Origin: Spirochaetia bacterium
Lineage (GTDB): Bacteria; Spirochaetota; Spirochaetia; SZUA-6; Bin103
Reading direction: 5' to 3'
Assembly (NCBI GenBank): GCA_965208575.1
Contig: CBDBOV010000003.1
Location: 256,001-320,000 of the forward strand
Length of the DNA: 64,000 nt
Shown: piece after piece, positions 63,046 to 64,000 of the stretch
Layout of the letters: the number at the start of each line of letters is the position of its first letter
Position numbering within the stretch: the first letter of the stretch is position 1
Position numbers and translations under genes: made by a program
Notes under the pieces: model-generated
Databases searched by the model: none
Told to the model about the DNA's origin: nothing
The model's input: only the letters and a program-made list of their open reading frames with translations

Positions 63046-64000
63046 TCACGCCTGCGCGCGCACCCCGAAGCGGATGCGCGGATCGACCGTCGCCAGCAGC
63101 AGGTCGGAGATCAGGTTGCCGACCAGGATCAGGGCGCCGAGCAGCATCACGATGGCGCCGGCCAGATACATGTCCTGCGCCTGCAGCGCCACCAGCAGCA
63201 GTGGGCCGATGGTGGGCAGGCTCAGCACGATCGCGACCAGCGTCTCGCCGGAGATGATCGCCGGCAGCAGGTAGCCGACGGTGCTGATGATCGGGTTGAG
63301 CGCCACCCGCACCGGGTACTTGAACAGGATGGCGCCCTCGGCCATGCCCTTGGAGCGGGCGGTGATCACGTACTGCTTGCTCAGTTCGTCGAGCAGCGAG
63401 GCGCGCAGGATGCGGATGATCTCGGCGGTGCCGGCGGTGCCGATCACGGTAAGCGGGATCGGCAGGTGCTTGAGCAGGTCGACCACCTTGCCGAAGCTCC
63501 ACGCCGCCGACATGTACTCGCGCGAGAACAGCCCGCCGGGGCTCCAGCCGAAGTAGGTGAACGCCAGGTACATCAGGATCAGCGCGAGCAGGAAGTTGGG
63601 CGTCGCCAGGCCCAGGAACCCGAACACGGTGGCCACGTAGTCGCCGAACGAGTGCGGGTGGGTGGCAGAGTAGATGCCGATCGGCACCGCGATCAGGTAT
63701 ACCAGGATCAACGTCGATATCGACAGGGTCACCGACAGGGCGAGCCGCTCGCCGATCACCTTGACCACGTCGCGGTTCTGAGAGAACGAATCGCCCATGT
63801 CGCCCTGCAGGAAGTTCCGTGCCCACTTGAAGTACTGGACGTGCAGCGGCTGGTCGAGCCCGTATTGCTCGCGCAGTCCCTCCAGCAACGATTCGGTGAC
63901 CGGTATGCGGCGCGTTTCCAGGGTCGCGATGTAGGTGGTCAGGTAGTCGCCCGGCGGCAACTGGATGATCACGAACACGACGAACGAGAGCAGAATGAGC
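63046..64000 (-). CDS. OppB-type permease (different clade), 5' partial
   Basis: LPPGDY, ITARSKG, DPRIR; runs off the window. Confidence 0.9.
   Translation of the reverse strand, partial: LILLSFVVFVIIQLPPGDYLTTYIATLETRRIPVTESLLEGLREQYGLDQPLHVQYFKWARNFLQGDMGDSFSQNRDVVKVIGERLALSVTLSISTLILVYLIAVPIGIYSATHPHSFGDYVATVFGFLGLATPNFLLALILMYLAFTYFGWSPGGLFSREYMSAAWSFGKVVDLLKHLPIPLTVIGTAGTAEIIRILRASLLDELSKQYVITARSKGMAEGAILFKYPVRVALNPIISTVGYLLPAIISGETLVAIVLSLPTIGPLLLVALQAQDMYLAGAIVMLLGALILVGNLISDLLLATVDPRIRFGVRAQA

Noticed and set aside
1-64000. tRNA or rRNA genes
   Set aside because: None recognised by eye

Overview
High-GC bacterial accessory region; the SBP signal peptides (..GLWAxGxEE, no lipobox Cys) look spirochaete-like, which is an inference. 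It is dominated by an array of seven family-5 (Opp/Dpp-type) ABC importer cassettes (SBP-oppB-oppC, never with an ATPase; U1-U3 and U5-U8), an orphan oppC (U4) and several oppC fragments. Most oppC 3' ends are followed by a different toxin-antitoxin or small cargo module, and decayed and nested IS elements are common. Main new observation: the SBP genes share a roughly 500-1000 nt 5' leader with a fixed order of parts. These are a sigma70-like promoter, uORF1 containing a slippery repeat (C6-C16 or a 7-mer array), uORF2 (11-14 aa) behind a strong AGGAGGTG Shine-Dalgarno and ending inside a GC stem, and further hairpins with a compensatory base change. This suggests phase-variable, translation-coupled control of a modular transporter repertoire; that function is a hypothesis. 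An IS110 shows readable bridge-RNA guide matches to its own target and donor. All family calls come from motif recognition by eye; no searches were run.
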